A stretch of DNA of 51,820 nucleotides from Octopus bimaculoides (taxonomy: Eukaryota), in NCBI RefSeq assembly GCF_001194135.2, contig NC_068993.1, positions 61,675,975 through 61,727,794 on the forward strand, written 5' to 3'. The translations under genes were made by a program, and so were the position numbers. Below the pieces are notes generated by a model. The model saw nothing but the letters and a program-made list of their open reading frames with translations. It was not told the DNA's origin and did no database searches. This document shows, piece after piece, positions 11,631 through 51,820 of the stretch. Each line of letters begins with the position of its first letter. The first letter of the stretch is position 1.

Positions 11631-12189
11631 GGGCCATCAAAAAAACTGCTATGAAAATGACCGTTAAACAAAGGGAAAATACTGAGTGAATGACTGTTAT
11701 TGAGACAAAAGAGCTATTAGAATTGCCGCTGGAGTCGAGTTTACCTTTCCTTCTTTCGGGGTCGGTAACTTAAATAGTAATAGAAAACTGAAATCAATGT
11801 ACTTGATCTTCCCCTCCCCAGTAATTGATGGCCTTCTGCCAAAATTTGAAACGAATATCTTTCGAAATATTTCGCACAAGCAGAAATTTTTTAATGAATT
11901 GTGAAAACAACTTGTTTTGGCCTGATGAATATTGCGTACATTTGCACTGAATTTTATTGGGTTACACTTTCTGTTATAATAAAAATGTTTACTTTGCATT
12001 ATTTAATTATGTTGCGAACATTTTTCACTTTGCTGTTTTTCATTCTATTTTACAGGGTGGGCCAATAGTCAAGCACAAAATGGTTTCAATACCCTCCGGA
12101 ATTGTCAAAGAGTTGCCTTAATATTTCTAAAACTGAATAAAATAAAATAATGATGAATACACAATTATTTGTACATGTTGAACAAAATG

Positions 12190-12232
<43 letters not shown>

Positions 12233-12252
12233 GCAGCAGCAGCAGAAGCAGC

Positions 12253-12291
<39 letters not shown>

Positions 12292-12304
12292 TGTAGTAGT
12301 AGTT

Positions 12305-12338
<34 letters not shown>
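12190..12338. repeat. Compound (CAG)n/(TAG)n microsatellite
   Basis: Direct reading. Confidence 0.99.
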
Positions 12339-12339
<1 letters not shown>

Positions 12340-12829
12340 CTTGTCTTGGTATAAAAGATGGGCCACAGTAAATATTCTGCTCAATACCACAGATTTGTTT
12401 GTTAGTTGCTTGACCGTAACCAGTTGAGCATGTCTCTTGGTGGCTGACGATATGTGCATCTCTGATCAGGAGCAGAAGTAGTGGGAGAACATAATAGCCA
12501 TGTGTCGAGAGGAATTTTTTGGGGTTTGAATTATTCACATCTGGAAACTTGAGTATTTCGTTCATCATCTTCAAACAAACCTTATTCAGAGACCTTTTGA
12601 GCGGGATGGGCTACTCGACCTGAAGAAAATATTCTAACTGGGTCCCACCTACAAGGTCATGCATTGTTAATCTTGATATGAGATCACCATGTCGCGCACA
12701 TATGGTTGTGAGGCATGTGCCTGGTGTACCCTTAGCAGACGGGTAGTCATGATGGGTATAATGGGCTTCGTATGTTTTAACCCAGTGTCTCTTTGATGGA
12801 ACGCACTGCTCTCTCATTCATTAATGATG

Positions 12830-12891
<62 letters not shown>

Positions 12892-12915
12892 TATAATAAT
12901 AACAACAATAATAAT
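12340..12915 (+). mobile_element. Probable 3' end of a non-LTR retroelement ending in (AAT)n and flanked by microsatellites (R4/Dong-like, tentative)
   Basis: About 480 nt of unique-looking sequence between a (CAG)/(TAG)n tract and an (AAT)n tail. The clade assignment is inference. Confidence 0.45.
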
Positions 12916-12916
12916 A
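12828..12916. repeat. (AAT)n microsatellite
   Basis: Direct reading. Confidence 0.99.
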
Positions 12917-13034
12917 ACGGACGCACGTACCGTTCGTTTTCGCCAGGACGGACGTACGTTCAGGCAAAAGCGACGGACGCACGTAGAAAGTCGAAAACTT
13001 GTGAGAAATTAACATAAGTATAATTACTAAATTT

Positions 13035-13240
13035 TGCTTTAAAATTTTGGCACAATGCCAGCAATTTCAAGGGTTAGAGTAAGTCGGTTACAATGACCCC
13101 AGTGCTCAACTGGTACTTAATTTATCGACTTCGAAAGGATGAAAGGCTAAGTTGACCTCAGTGGAATTTGAACTCAGAACGCAAAGACGAACGAAACGCC
13201 GTTAAGCATTTTGCTAACGATTCTGCCAGCTCACCGCTTT
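13035..13240 (-). mobile_element. SINE family B just 3' of the gene B stop (probable 3' UTR)
   Basis: Homology to family B. Confidence 0.85.
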
Positions 13241-13349
13241 GTTACAATGTAATATATTGACATAAATTTGATAGTAATTACTTGAACGCTTGTTTGTATT
13301 AAACTAATCGCAAGAGTAGTTCAATAAGAACCAAATCGATATGCCAAAT

Positions 13350-26835
<13,486 letters not shown>

Positions 26836-27179
26836 GTTACAGCTCGTAGTTATCCTGCTGCTGTGAAACCTTACTGTAGAATTCCACCGAGTGATGTGTT
26901 CATCATAGCAGGCAGGAGCACAATATATTTGCATTACAAGGTCTAAAATAATTTTTTAACACTTTCATACGTGCAAAGTACATACCTGCACGCACCTACG
27001 TTTCATGGTACATTCCGTTATATCAAATTGCATTTATAAAATGACAATATATTATGCTATATCGTATAATATTGTATATTATTACATTATATTATATTAC
27101 TTTTTTGTATTAAGCGTAAGTAGCTGTGTTGTTAAGACAACTTGTGCACGTGTAGTTTCTGCTTCAGTCCCACTGCACC

Positions 27180-27975
27180 ACGCTTTTGTCAAGGGCCTTT
27201 TACTATAGCCCCGGGTTGACCGGTGGGAATTTGATAGACAGAATCCGAATGGAAGCCCGTCGTATATATATATATANNNNNNNNNNNNNNNNNNNNNNNN
27301 NNNNNNNNNNNNNNNNNNNNNNNNNNNNNNNTATATACATACATATATATATATATATACATATCTATGTATGTATGTATATATGAGTTATAAGTGTGTC
27401 TGTCTGTATGTTTCCCCTCCCACCCTCTCACACACCACTCAACCACTGTATTTAGCTTGTTTGTATCTCCGTAACTTAGCAGGTTGGTCTAACAGACCTA
27501 TACAATAAGTACCAGACTTTGAAATAAGTACGGGGGAATGCGAAGTTTTATTCGCCATTTGAACTCAGAACGTAATGATGGACGAAATGGCGCAAAGCAT
27601 TTTGGCAGACGTCCTAAAAATTCTGCCAGCTCGCTGCCTTATTGAAGATTAATATCATCAGCTCTGGAAGAATGAATAGCAACATTGACTTGAGCGTGAA
27701 ACGAACTCAGAACATAAGTACTAATCATGTGTTTTGTAATTCTCCGCCTATTCTAATATTGATTTCAAATTTTGGCACAAGGCCATGAATTTCAGCGCAA
27801 AAAGTAAGGTGATTACATCGACCCCGACACTCGACTGGTGTTTATTTTATCGACTCCGAAACAATAGAAGGCAGAGCCGACCTCGGCGGAACTTGAACTC
27901 AGAACAAAGACAGACGAAATGCCCCTAAGCATTTTGCCCGGCGCGCTAACGATTCAGCCAGCTCGCCGCCTTCCC
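27180..27975. mobile_element. SINE cluster: family A (+, about 27180-27530) and two family B (-, about 27500-27645 and 27758-27975)
   Basis: Homology to families A and B. Confidence 0.7.
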
Positions 27976-28017
27976 TATTCTAATATTAACAGTATCAAGA
28001 GCACTGAGAGAGCGCAA

Positions 28018-28386
28018 ACCTCCGCCAAGGCAACACCAGTGTCCTCTCAACGATTAGCCAGAGATGATTTTTAAAATGAGAATATCTGAAATAAACCTGA
28101 CTGCTCTCACAAACGAGAATACTAAAAAAAGAACCCGACCGCTCTCAAAAATTAAGTAAAAAAGAAAATAAAGAGAAAAACAGGAAAAATAATCCAGAAT
28201 CCTTGTCCGGTACCGGATCAATCCTCAAATCTAATCAGTTCGTGCCAGTCACGAAGCCAAACATCCCTGAAAGTTTCATCCGAATCCATCCAGCAATTCT
28301 TGAGATATCTTGTCCACGGACAAACCATCAAGCAAACAAACAAATACGACTGAAAACAATACCTCGGCCTTCGCGAAGACGGAGGT
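28018..28386. mobile_element. Non-autonomous DNA element with short inverted ends (ACCTCCG...CGGAGGT)
   Basis: 7-bp terminal inverted match and a subterminal hairpin-like cttcgcgaag; no TSD seen; family not assigned. Confidence 0.4.
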
Positions 28387-28499
28387 GATGATGATTTTTG
28401 TGTGTATGTGTTAGCGTGTATTAGTGTATGTGAGTGTGTAGGCCTGTGCGAGTTTGTGAGAAAAGTTCAGAGCCAAGACACAATGTACAGATACTGGTT

Positions 28500-28635
28500 T
28501 TAAATCTTGGTATACGACCAGTAGTTTCGGGACGGGGGGCGAAATTGATGACATCGACCCCATTGCTCGACTGGTACTTATTTTATCGGTCCCTAAAAGA
28601 TGAAAGGAAAGGTCGACGTCAGCGGAATTCGAACA
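28500..28635 (-). mobile_element. SINE family B fragment
   Basis: Homology to family B. Confidence 0.75.
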
Positions 28636-28664
28636 CAAGACGAGAAATGGATCAGTCTGGTTAC

Positions 28665-29045
28665 GGAGAAGCGATGAGCAATTTTCATATCTGCGCATTT
28701 TCTGATTTTCATTCAAATCGTGTGGTACGCATTTGTCGAGCTTTTTTGATTTTCCGATCGCATGCAAATGGTTGCAGGCAATTTTCTGGCTAACTTGAAG
28801 TTCTTTTCCCATTTCTCGAGTGGTTTTACGTTGCATTTTCTCAATGACAATCTTTATTTAACCTTCATCGATGACAGATTGGCGTCCACTAGGCTCACAA
28901 TCTTCAAGGCTCAGGTCTCCACTGCGAAATCGTTTAAACCATTTTTAAGCTGACCACTCTCTGGTCATTTCCTCATCAAATATTTCGTTGATATCGCGAG
29001 CAGTTTTAGCTGATTTACCTCCTTTTCTGAAGTTGAATAGCTAAA
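28665..29045 (-). mobile_element. Mariner transposase N-terminal relic
   Basis: RKTTREMGKELQVSQKIACNHLHAIGKSKKLDKCVPHDLNENQK...LLRNQTDPFL, cut off by a SINE. Confidence 0.85.
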
Positions 29046-29914
29046 TTGCTCGAATATCACGCTTTCACAGTTCCATTTCAGACGATTGCAACAAGAGAAA
29101 AAAATATCAATGTTAATCTATTGATGCATTTGAGCAAGTCTATGTCTGTATTAGCAGACAATTGTAAAAAGATGTTTAAAAAATTAAAAACTCAGCAAAA
29201 CTCCGGTACAAATTCTTCAAAATGTTGCTTACTTTTTACTCAACCTGGCATATATATATATATATATATTAGTGAAAATTAAAGTATAAGCATGGTTTCC
29301 TTTGCCGCGATAGTAAGTTTCTACTGAAGATGAAATTTTTCTGTTTCGTGGATGGCGTGACATTTTCTCGTGCCAACCTTGTCAGTTAGACCGCAAACGC
29401 AGGAATGATGAATCCAACGCTAAAAAGCGGAAAATGGTTTCGCCCAAATTTTGCGCCGGTCATTGTTGTGAACTCCTGCGTCCTTGGTCTTTAGAATGCC
29501 TCTCTTTGGCAAATTTGTTTGATGGAGCCGTGCTCAAGGATGGAACACTATGATGTCGATGGTTGATTCAGCATATATTACTGGCTGTTTATCTTGGTTA
29601 CACTATTGGTGTCCTATATACATAGAACAGTTAAGCCCAAGTATGCAGCAGAAAATGTATACTTTGCGTGTGGGGTATTTTTTCAGTCTATTGCGAGACT
29701 GTATGTAGGTGAATGTGAGGGGCTATGCATGTGCATGCAGTCGTATTTATGTATATGTACATATGTGTGTGTGTATCCTACATATATATATATATATATA
29801 TATAGACAAATACATATATAAATACATACACACACACAGATATATATATATTTCGTGTAACTGTGTATGTATCCCAAGATGCACACACACACACACACAT
29901 ATATACATACAAAC

Positions 29915-29962
<48 letters not shown>

Positions 29963-30061
29963 CCATATATGTGTAGGTGGGTATATGAACAGGAGTCAAG
30001 GTTAGCTACTGAAAGACTGGCATATTCAACGACTTGACAGTTCTATGAGAGGTACCCAATA

Positions 30062-30101
<40 letters not shown>

Positions 30102-30354
30102 TTTATTAAAAAGCAGTAAAAATATAAAAATAGCACNNNNNNNNNNNNNNNNNNNNNNNNNNNNNNNNNNNNNNNNNNNNNNNNNNNNNNNNNNNNNNNN
30201 NNNNNNNNNNNNNNNNNNNNNNNNNNNNNNNNNNNNNNNNNNNNNNNNNNNNNNNNNNNNNNNNNNNNNNNNNNNNNNNNNNNNNNNNNNNNNNNNNNNN
30301 NNNNNNNNNNNNNNNNNNNNNNNNNNNNNNNNNNNNNNNNNNNNNNNNNNNNNN

Positions 30355-30395
<41 letters not shown>

Positions 30396-30646
30396 GTTAT
30401 TTCGTTGCCACTTATCATCGGAAACAATATACTGGCGTATTTATGCATATTATAATTCCAACAAACTAATTAAATTTCATGGTAAGCAGAAGATACGTGA
30501 CTTGGCTTAATTTAAGTCTGTTATCAGTTACACCAGATTATTGAGACTGAAGGCTTAACTCTGTCTGAAGGACGTCGCATGGACTATTCATGAGTGCATC
30601 TACACTCATTTACATGCATACATGTATGAATATACACATATACATA

Positions 30647-30724
<78 letters not shown>

Positions 30725-30831
30725 TGCATATATATCATATTATATGTGTTACGTGTGTATATATTTATACACATACGCGCGCGCGCAAATATATATGTGT
30801 GTATGTGTATATATATGTGTGTGTGTGTGTG

Positions 30832-31228
30832 TTTTACTCTTTTACTTGTTTCAGTCATTTGACTGTGGCCATGCTGGAGTACCGCCTTTTAGTCGAGCAA
30901 ATCGACCCCAGAACTTATTCTTTGTAAGCCTAGTACTTATTCTATCGGTCTCTTTTTGCTGAACTGCTAAGTTACGGGGACGTAAACGCACCAACATCGG
31001 TTGTCAAGCGATGTTGAGTGGACAAACACAGACACACAGACATTTATAAATATACATATATACGACGGGCTTCTTTCAGTTTCCGTCTACCAAATCCACT
31101 CACAAGGCCATGGTCGGTCCGAGGCTATTGTTGAAGACACTTGCCCAACGTGCCATTCAGTGGGTCTGAATCCGGAACCATGTGGTTAGTAAGCAAGCTA
31201 CTTACCACACGGCCACTGCTACGCCTTT
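30832..31228 (-). mobile_element. SINE family A, full length
   Basis: Homology to family A. Confidence 0.9.
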
Positions 31229-33163
31229 GTGTAAATTTATAGATGAATACATATGGAAATCTATGTATACATTAATATCCATGGTGTGAAACTCGAGTTA
31301 CGAGATAAGCTCTCAGATTCAGTTTCCAAAATCTCTTTCTGTGTGTTTGTTTGTGTGTGCGCGTGTGTGTATATATATTTATAAATACCTGTGTTTATAT
31401 ATATATGTATATATANNNNNNNNNNNNNNNNNNNNNNNNNNNNNNNNNNNNNNNNNNNNNNNNNNNNNNNNNNNNNNNNNTGTGTGGTGGCTTCAGTAAG
31501 AAGATCCATTATACAAGGAATGCATTGCTTAAAAAGAAATTGGGCAGATTTTCCTTAATTTAGCAGAATTAAACATTGGTACCCCTTCTGTGAATGGTCG
31601 AAGATATCGTAATCCCTTTAATTATAATATAGTAAGGAACCCAATAGCTAATAGGTAGATTACGAATAAATCCTCAAGAAAATGAGAAGTCATATGGTTT
31701 ACCCCTCCTTTTCCCTTCAAATCAGAAATCTCTCCAAGTTATTGTTTCAGATTGTTGAAAAGAGTTCCCCTTACGTCAAAAATATCATCCTATTTTTGAT
31801 AGGTCTAGTCTAAAATTATTGCATTCGACTACGCCTGACTTAGGTTCTATAATCGCGGCGAATAAGTTTAAGCTTAGACATAATATTATTGACAGAGACT
31901 CTTATATAACAATACGGATAATAATATTGAAATTAAAAATACAAAGGCGGAACTTGTAAATAAGACCCGTAATTGTTGTTCCTGGGATTCATGTCTATTA
32001 AAGTGTTTTTGTTTGAGGAGAAACGTAGTGTATAAATGTAAGGTTATGACCCTTAATGAATCCAACAAAAAACAATATATATAGGAAGCACAATAGGTTT
32101 TAAAACTAGATATAGGGTACATACACATTCGTTTATAAATCAGGACACGAAAAGTTCAACTGCACTAACCGTTTATATTAATAGCTTTAAAATGTGAAAC
32201 AAAGAGCATAGACGTAATTGGTCGATTATCACTGAAACTACTCCATACCACACACATACAAGAATATGCAAATTGTGTACAAAAGAATCAATTGACATAC
32301 TTCCTACCGATAGAAAAACTATTACTTAAGATTTTTTGATTTTCAATAGACATAAATATTTCTCAACTTTCAAATTTTTCTCTCCATAAATGGTCAGATT
32401 GTATATGATTTTAACCTTCAACCCTTATTATATTTTGGACTCATCTTAAAGTATTTTATTTCAGGCACCAATTTTTAAACATATTAGAATTTTTTTTTTA
32501 TTCTTTTAAATCATCCTAAGGAATCTCTGAATAAAGAAATGTGAATAAGTGAGATGGATGGAAATGGTTCACCCATTTCATACCACATGTACATGAAACG
32601 GCCGTAAGAATTTGAACTTCCACTGGATTTATCTATGGATTCCTCTTAAAATCATTTTGAACCACCCTCTCATCCATTTAATAATTTGGATTAATGCAAT
32701 ATTGACCGTGCATGTATAATAGTTTTCTCATTGATTCCAAACACGGACATACAATTTCATACGATGTCATGCGAGTATATTTATGTTTATATTTTATATT
32801 GTGTCTACATATATACATTTACGTATATTTTTATGAAGTATTCCGATGTTGAGAAATATATTGACGAATTGAATTCTGACTCCTGAAATGGAATTCACGA
32901 TTTTCTTTATTAAGAACAACGATCGTTCCGATCCATCTGGCATTAGGCCCTGCCAGGTGAGATACTGTACAACTACTTGTTATGCATCCTTCGGTGCAGA
33001 TGCATCTCGTCATGGGACTTTTCAAAAGGTACCTCGCTCTATAAACTCGGTTTCACTTGGTTCTATTATAATGCCTGAAGAACTGGTTGCACACAGGTAC
33101 CTTGGTTTGGAATGACATGGGATACTTTTAATTTTCATATGCAGTTAATAGGTCTACACACAC

Positions 33164-33201
<38 letters not shown>

Positions 33202-33297
33202 AGAATTCACAAAAAAAAACAAAAGACGAAGACAGGTGGTGTAGAAAACAAACAGATGTATTAGTATAACACCCGGGAAGTGAAAAAGTTTCTCTCT

Positions 33298-33418
<121 letters not shown>

Positions 33419-36061
33419 CCGACAGAGGAGAGATTGAGATAGATAGGTAGATAAATAGATAAACAGACACACAGGCAGACAGATATAGCCAATTAGGTAA
33501 AAATCATATAAATGAAAATAAACTTAAAAATTAAAATTGATAATTAAATACTGAAAATGAATTAAAGATATACACATATACCTATGTATGTATACATGCA
33601 CACACCTACACATTATATATAAGCACAAGCGGAGGCAGAATTTGAAAAATCTCTCATTACCGCTATAGATTTTAGTTTCGGTAAAAATGACCCATTTAAA
33701 TTCATAGCTAATATTTTAGGAATTGAGTGAATGAATATTTTCAGCTAAACGAGGTATTAGATTTCAAGTAAACTTAACGAAAACTGTGCTTGTATGTTGA
33801 GATCTTGAGTTTCTTCGAGTTAGTAGTGGTTTCAATAAAATAACTAGTATTGGAACCTGTAGTTATCACCATTCGTACACCACATTAACTTGGACCAATT
33901 TCCATTCAATGGACACTTATGTGTATGTATATATATATATATATATATATATNNNNNNNNNNNNNNNNNNNNNNNNNNNNNNNNNNNNNNNNNNNNNNNN
34001 NNNNNNNNNNNNNNNNNNNNNNNNNNNNNNNNNNNNNNNNNNNNNNNNNNNNNNNNNNNNNNNNNNNNNNNNNNNNNNNNNNNNNNNNNNNNNNNNNNNN
34101 NNNNNNNNNNNNNNNNNNNNNNNNNNNNNNNNNNNNNNNNNNNNNNNNNNNNNNNNNNNNNNNNNNNNNNNNNNNNNNNNNNNNNNNNNNNNNNNNNNNN
34201 NNNNNNNNNNNNNNNNNNNNNNNNNNNNNNNNNNNNNNNNNNNNNNNNNNNNNNNNNNNNNNNNNNNNNNNNNNNNNNNNNNNNNNNNNNNNNNNNNNNN
34301 NCTGCATGAAAACAAAGATTTTTAAAATAGCTAAAATAAAGACTTTACAATTTTGGTTTATTCAATAGTAAAGAGGAGCACAATTACTGATAAAATCAAA
34401 GACACAGCATTGGAAAATGAATTCAAAATTGAAAGCCTTCCCTTGCTGCTTCAACCCAACAATGCATCACCGTGCAGGAAGCACGATTTGTGCGTTCTAT
34501 GGTAAGATTCTACTCTCCACAGACTCTTAAATCTCAACATTCAGCGGGAAAGTACTCAAGCTTTAAATGCTACAGTGATTCATGTTCTGAAGAAGCGTAT
34601 GTTTCTTCTCCTGAAAACAATCCACCTATTCTTTTATCTTGAACCAACGAAATCTATCTTGAACTAATGAAAGAGGTTTCCACACAACCACTAGAACTGT
34701 AAGAAATATTTATGGATCTGCTTCAGATGATATTCGAACGTCTTAAAAAAGGACATACTGGATAAGTTTGTCTTGTGCTCCTCAAAAACAATGGATGGGG
34801 ATATAAAACTGGTTTGAAAAATACGAACATTTAGACACGGAGTATAAACGAAGAAGGTATCTGTTGATATGAAACAGAAACGAACTGGAAAACTAGTTGT
34901 GAAGCGGTTATTTATAAAAAAGACTTTCGTCAAATACAACTTGAATAGATATATATATTACACGCGTTCAGTCAGACCAAAAGTCGAGACCAAAAGGAGA
35001 ATAAGAAGAAGCGGGAAGGATCAGCCGGAGTATGTGGCATGAAAGGAAGGGCGAGTGAGGGACGGGTGGAGAGAGTAGGGTAGAACTGGGAAATATAGTG
35101 AGATAAAAAAATATAGTGAAAAAGAAACAAATCAGTTACGAAGAAAAGTGGGATTGTGTATGCTGGAAATGATAACCAATTCCTTCTACACTGGCATTTA
35201 TTCATTATAGGAGACAGGAAAAGAAAATTCAAAGAAATAAAGTTAAAATGAAGGAAGTATAAAAAGAGAGATGAAGGTTTAAGAACGAAAAAAGAAGGAA
35301 TGGTGCAAAATCGTGAACGCGACTGTTATAATGTAAGCACTTCGTAATATTGATTGACTTATGAAATAAAGTATGGGGGAGGGGATGAAATCTGTTCAGA
35401 TATTGGTGAAAATAAAGGAAGGGTAAGAAGACAGGCGGTCAAAGAGTAAAGAAAGATAAATCAAAATATCAGCCAGATGTCTATGAAATCATAGTTCAGA
35501 AAGAAACTTGGAAAAAGGAAAATAATTACAAGGTCACCGTTGAAACATTTATATTCGCTGGACAACAATTTGCCATACTTGTATTCATGAATGTTGTCAG
35601 ATTAGTTTTGTAAAACAAAGCTAAACATGAAACACTTTTATACCAGGCTTCTTGTTATAATATCCCAAAAGTCGACGACCAGAATTCCTAAAAATCTCCA
35701 TATCTCACTCAATGTTATATATATATATATACAAAATTTTAGCCAATCAGTACTCTTCATTTTTGTGCAGTGTGGACGATCTGATTATTAAATTCATAGA
35801 TTGGGGTAAATTTTCAGAATTCGGAATTACATGACATTATCCTGATAAAATCCGAGTTCTTATTTCCTTACATTCTTTTTATTCTTCTCAACTCAGATGA
35901 GATTATCATCGACAAACTTGAAAAATTGTAGGGAAATAATATAAGTGTAATAAATATTTAGTAAATATTTAAAACAACATAAGTTTTATATTGAATGCTA
36001 GAGCACTGCGCTCTTGTTTACGTTAAACTATTTGAAAGAGATTTTCCACGATAAACCAAAT

Positions 36062-51137
<15,076 letters not shown>

Positions 51138-51364
51138 CTAAAATTGAAAAAAAAAGCAAACATTATTTCGTTAATAAAATACCTAATAAATCATTATAAT
51201 TTACAAATAGTTGGCAGATCCTCTGATCAAATAATTACTCAACATGGGTACTCAACTAGCTATTCATCAGACCGGAGATATCCTGCTCGAAGCCTACATG
51301 CATCCTACATTTAGATCCTCGGATCTTACGATTACTAATCGATATATATATATATATATATTCT

Positions 51365-51610
51365 TTTAATCGTACCAGTCATTTGACTGCGGCCATGCTG
51401 GAGTACCGCCTNNNNNNNNNNCCAGTCATTTGACTGCGGCCATGCTGGAGTACCGCCTTTAGTCGAACAAATCGACCCCATGACTTATTCTTTGTAAGCC
51501 TAGTACTTATTCTATCGGTCGCTTTATTGCCGAATCGCTAGGTTACGGGGACGTAAACACACCAACACCGGTTCTCAAGCAATGGTCGGGGGACAAACAC
51601 AGACACACGT
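51365..51610 (-). mobile_element. SINE family A 3' half
   Basis: Homology to family A. Confidence 0.85.
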
Positions 51611-51611
51611 G

Positions 51612-51820
51612 ACCGCGTGTGCATCGTTGGCGATTTTCTTTCTCTGTCTTCCCTTCTTTGGACTTTTCCTATATTTCTGACGAAGAGCTCCGCTCGAAAT
51701 ATGAAATCCTCTTTCTTTTCTTTCCTTTTCTGAGCGTCCAATAACACTGTACTTATTCCACGTCGCGTTGTTGTTTTTTCGTGTTTTTTCTTGCCTGTTC
51801 ATGTTTGGATTGATTTTAGA
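51612..51820 (+). mobile_element. Probable Penelope terminal-repeat (retrozyme-like) fragment
   Basis: Pyrimidine-rich sequence containing the hammerhead core at 51673-51707. Confidence 0.45.
51673..51707 (+). ncRNA. Minimal type I hammerhead-like motif
   Basis: attt-CTGACGA-a-GAGC-tcc-GCTC-GAAA-TAT-G-aaat; perfect 4-bp helix II; G at position 17. Confidence 0.6.

Noticed and set aside
26836-26934. Longer N-terminus from the upstream ATG of ORF 26728..26934
   Set aside because: Not conserved in gene C, crosses a likely splice acceptor, and the downstream ATG has a strong conserved context.

Overview
Eukaryotic, AT-rich, microsatellite- and SINE-dense draft-assembly sequence with many N gaps. 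The SINE families look like octopus repeats, so the source is probably a coleoid cephalopod (inference). The window holds a head-to-tail cluster of three SLC22 (MFS organic ion transporter) paralogs on the minus strand, reconstructed here exon by exon from GT-AG sites and reading-frame phase. Gene A (36062-51137) has coding exons 2-9; exon 1 was not found and is probably right of the window. Gene B (13350-26835) is complete: 9 coding exons, 1689 nt, 562 aa. Gene C (57-6817) shows exons 1, 2, 3 and 5; exon 4 is not visible and the rest lies left of the window. Introns and spacers carry tRNA-derived SINEs, mariner, maT and Tc1 relics, Penelope-like RT and GIY-YIG relics, a Helitron 3' end and an old LINE. 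Most notable: (1) a sharp 201-nt gene-conversion-like tract that makes the extracellular loops of B and C 98.5% identical while neighbouring coding sequence is about 77-80% identical; (2) charge changes in the transport cavity: motif-B Arg to Tyr in A and B, loss of the TM8 Glu in B, and a TM10 Asp in A; (3) several minimal hammerhead-ribozyme-like motifs with palindromic helix III beside Penelope relics, where the two clearest intronic sense-strand copies have disabling lesions; (4) a 48-bp intronic hairpin and inverted SINE pairs that could be dsRNA or ADAR substrates. There are no rRNA, true tRNA or CRISPR features. Most ORFs in the supplied track are microsatellite or gap artefacts. Identities were counted by eye and no database search was run.
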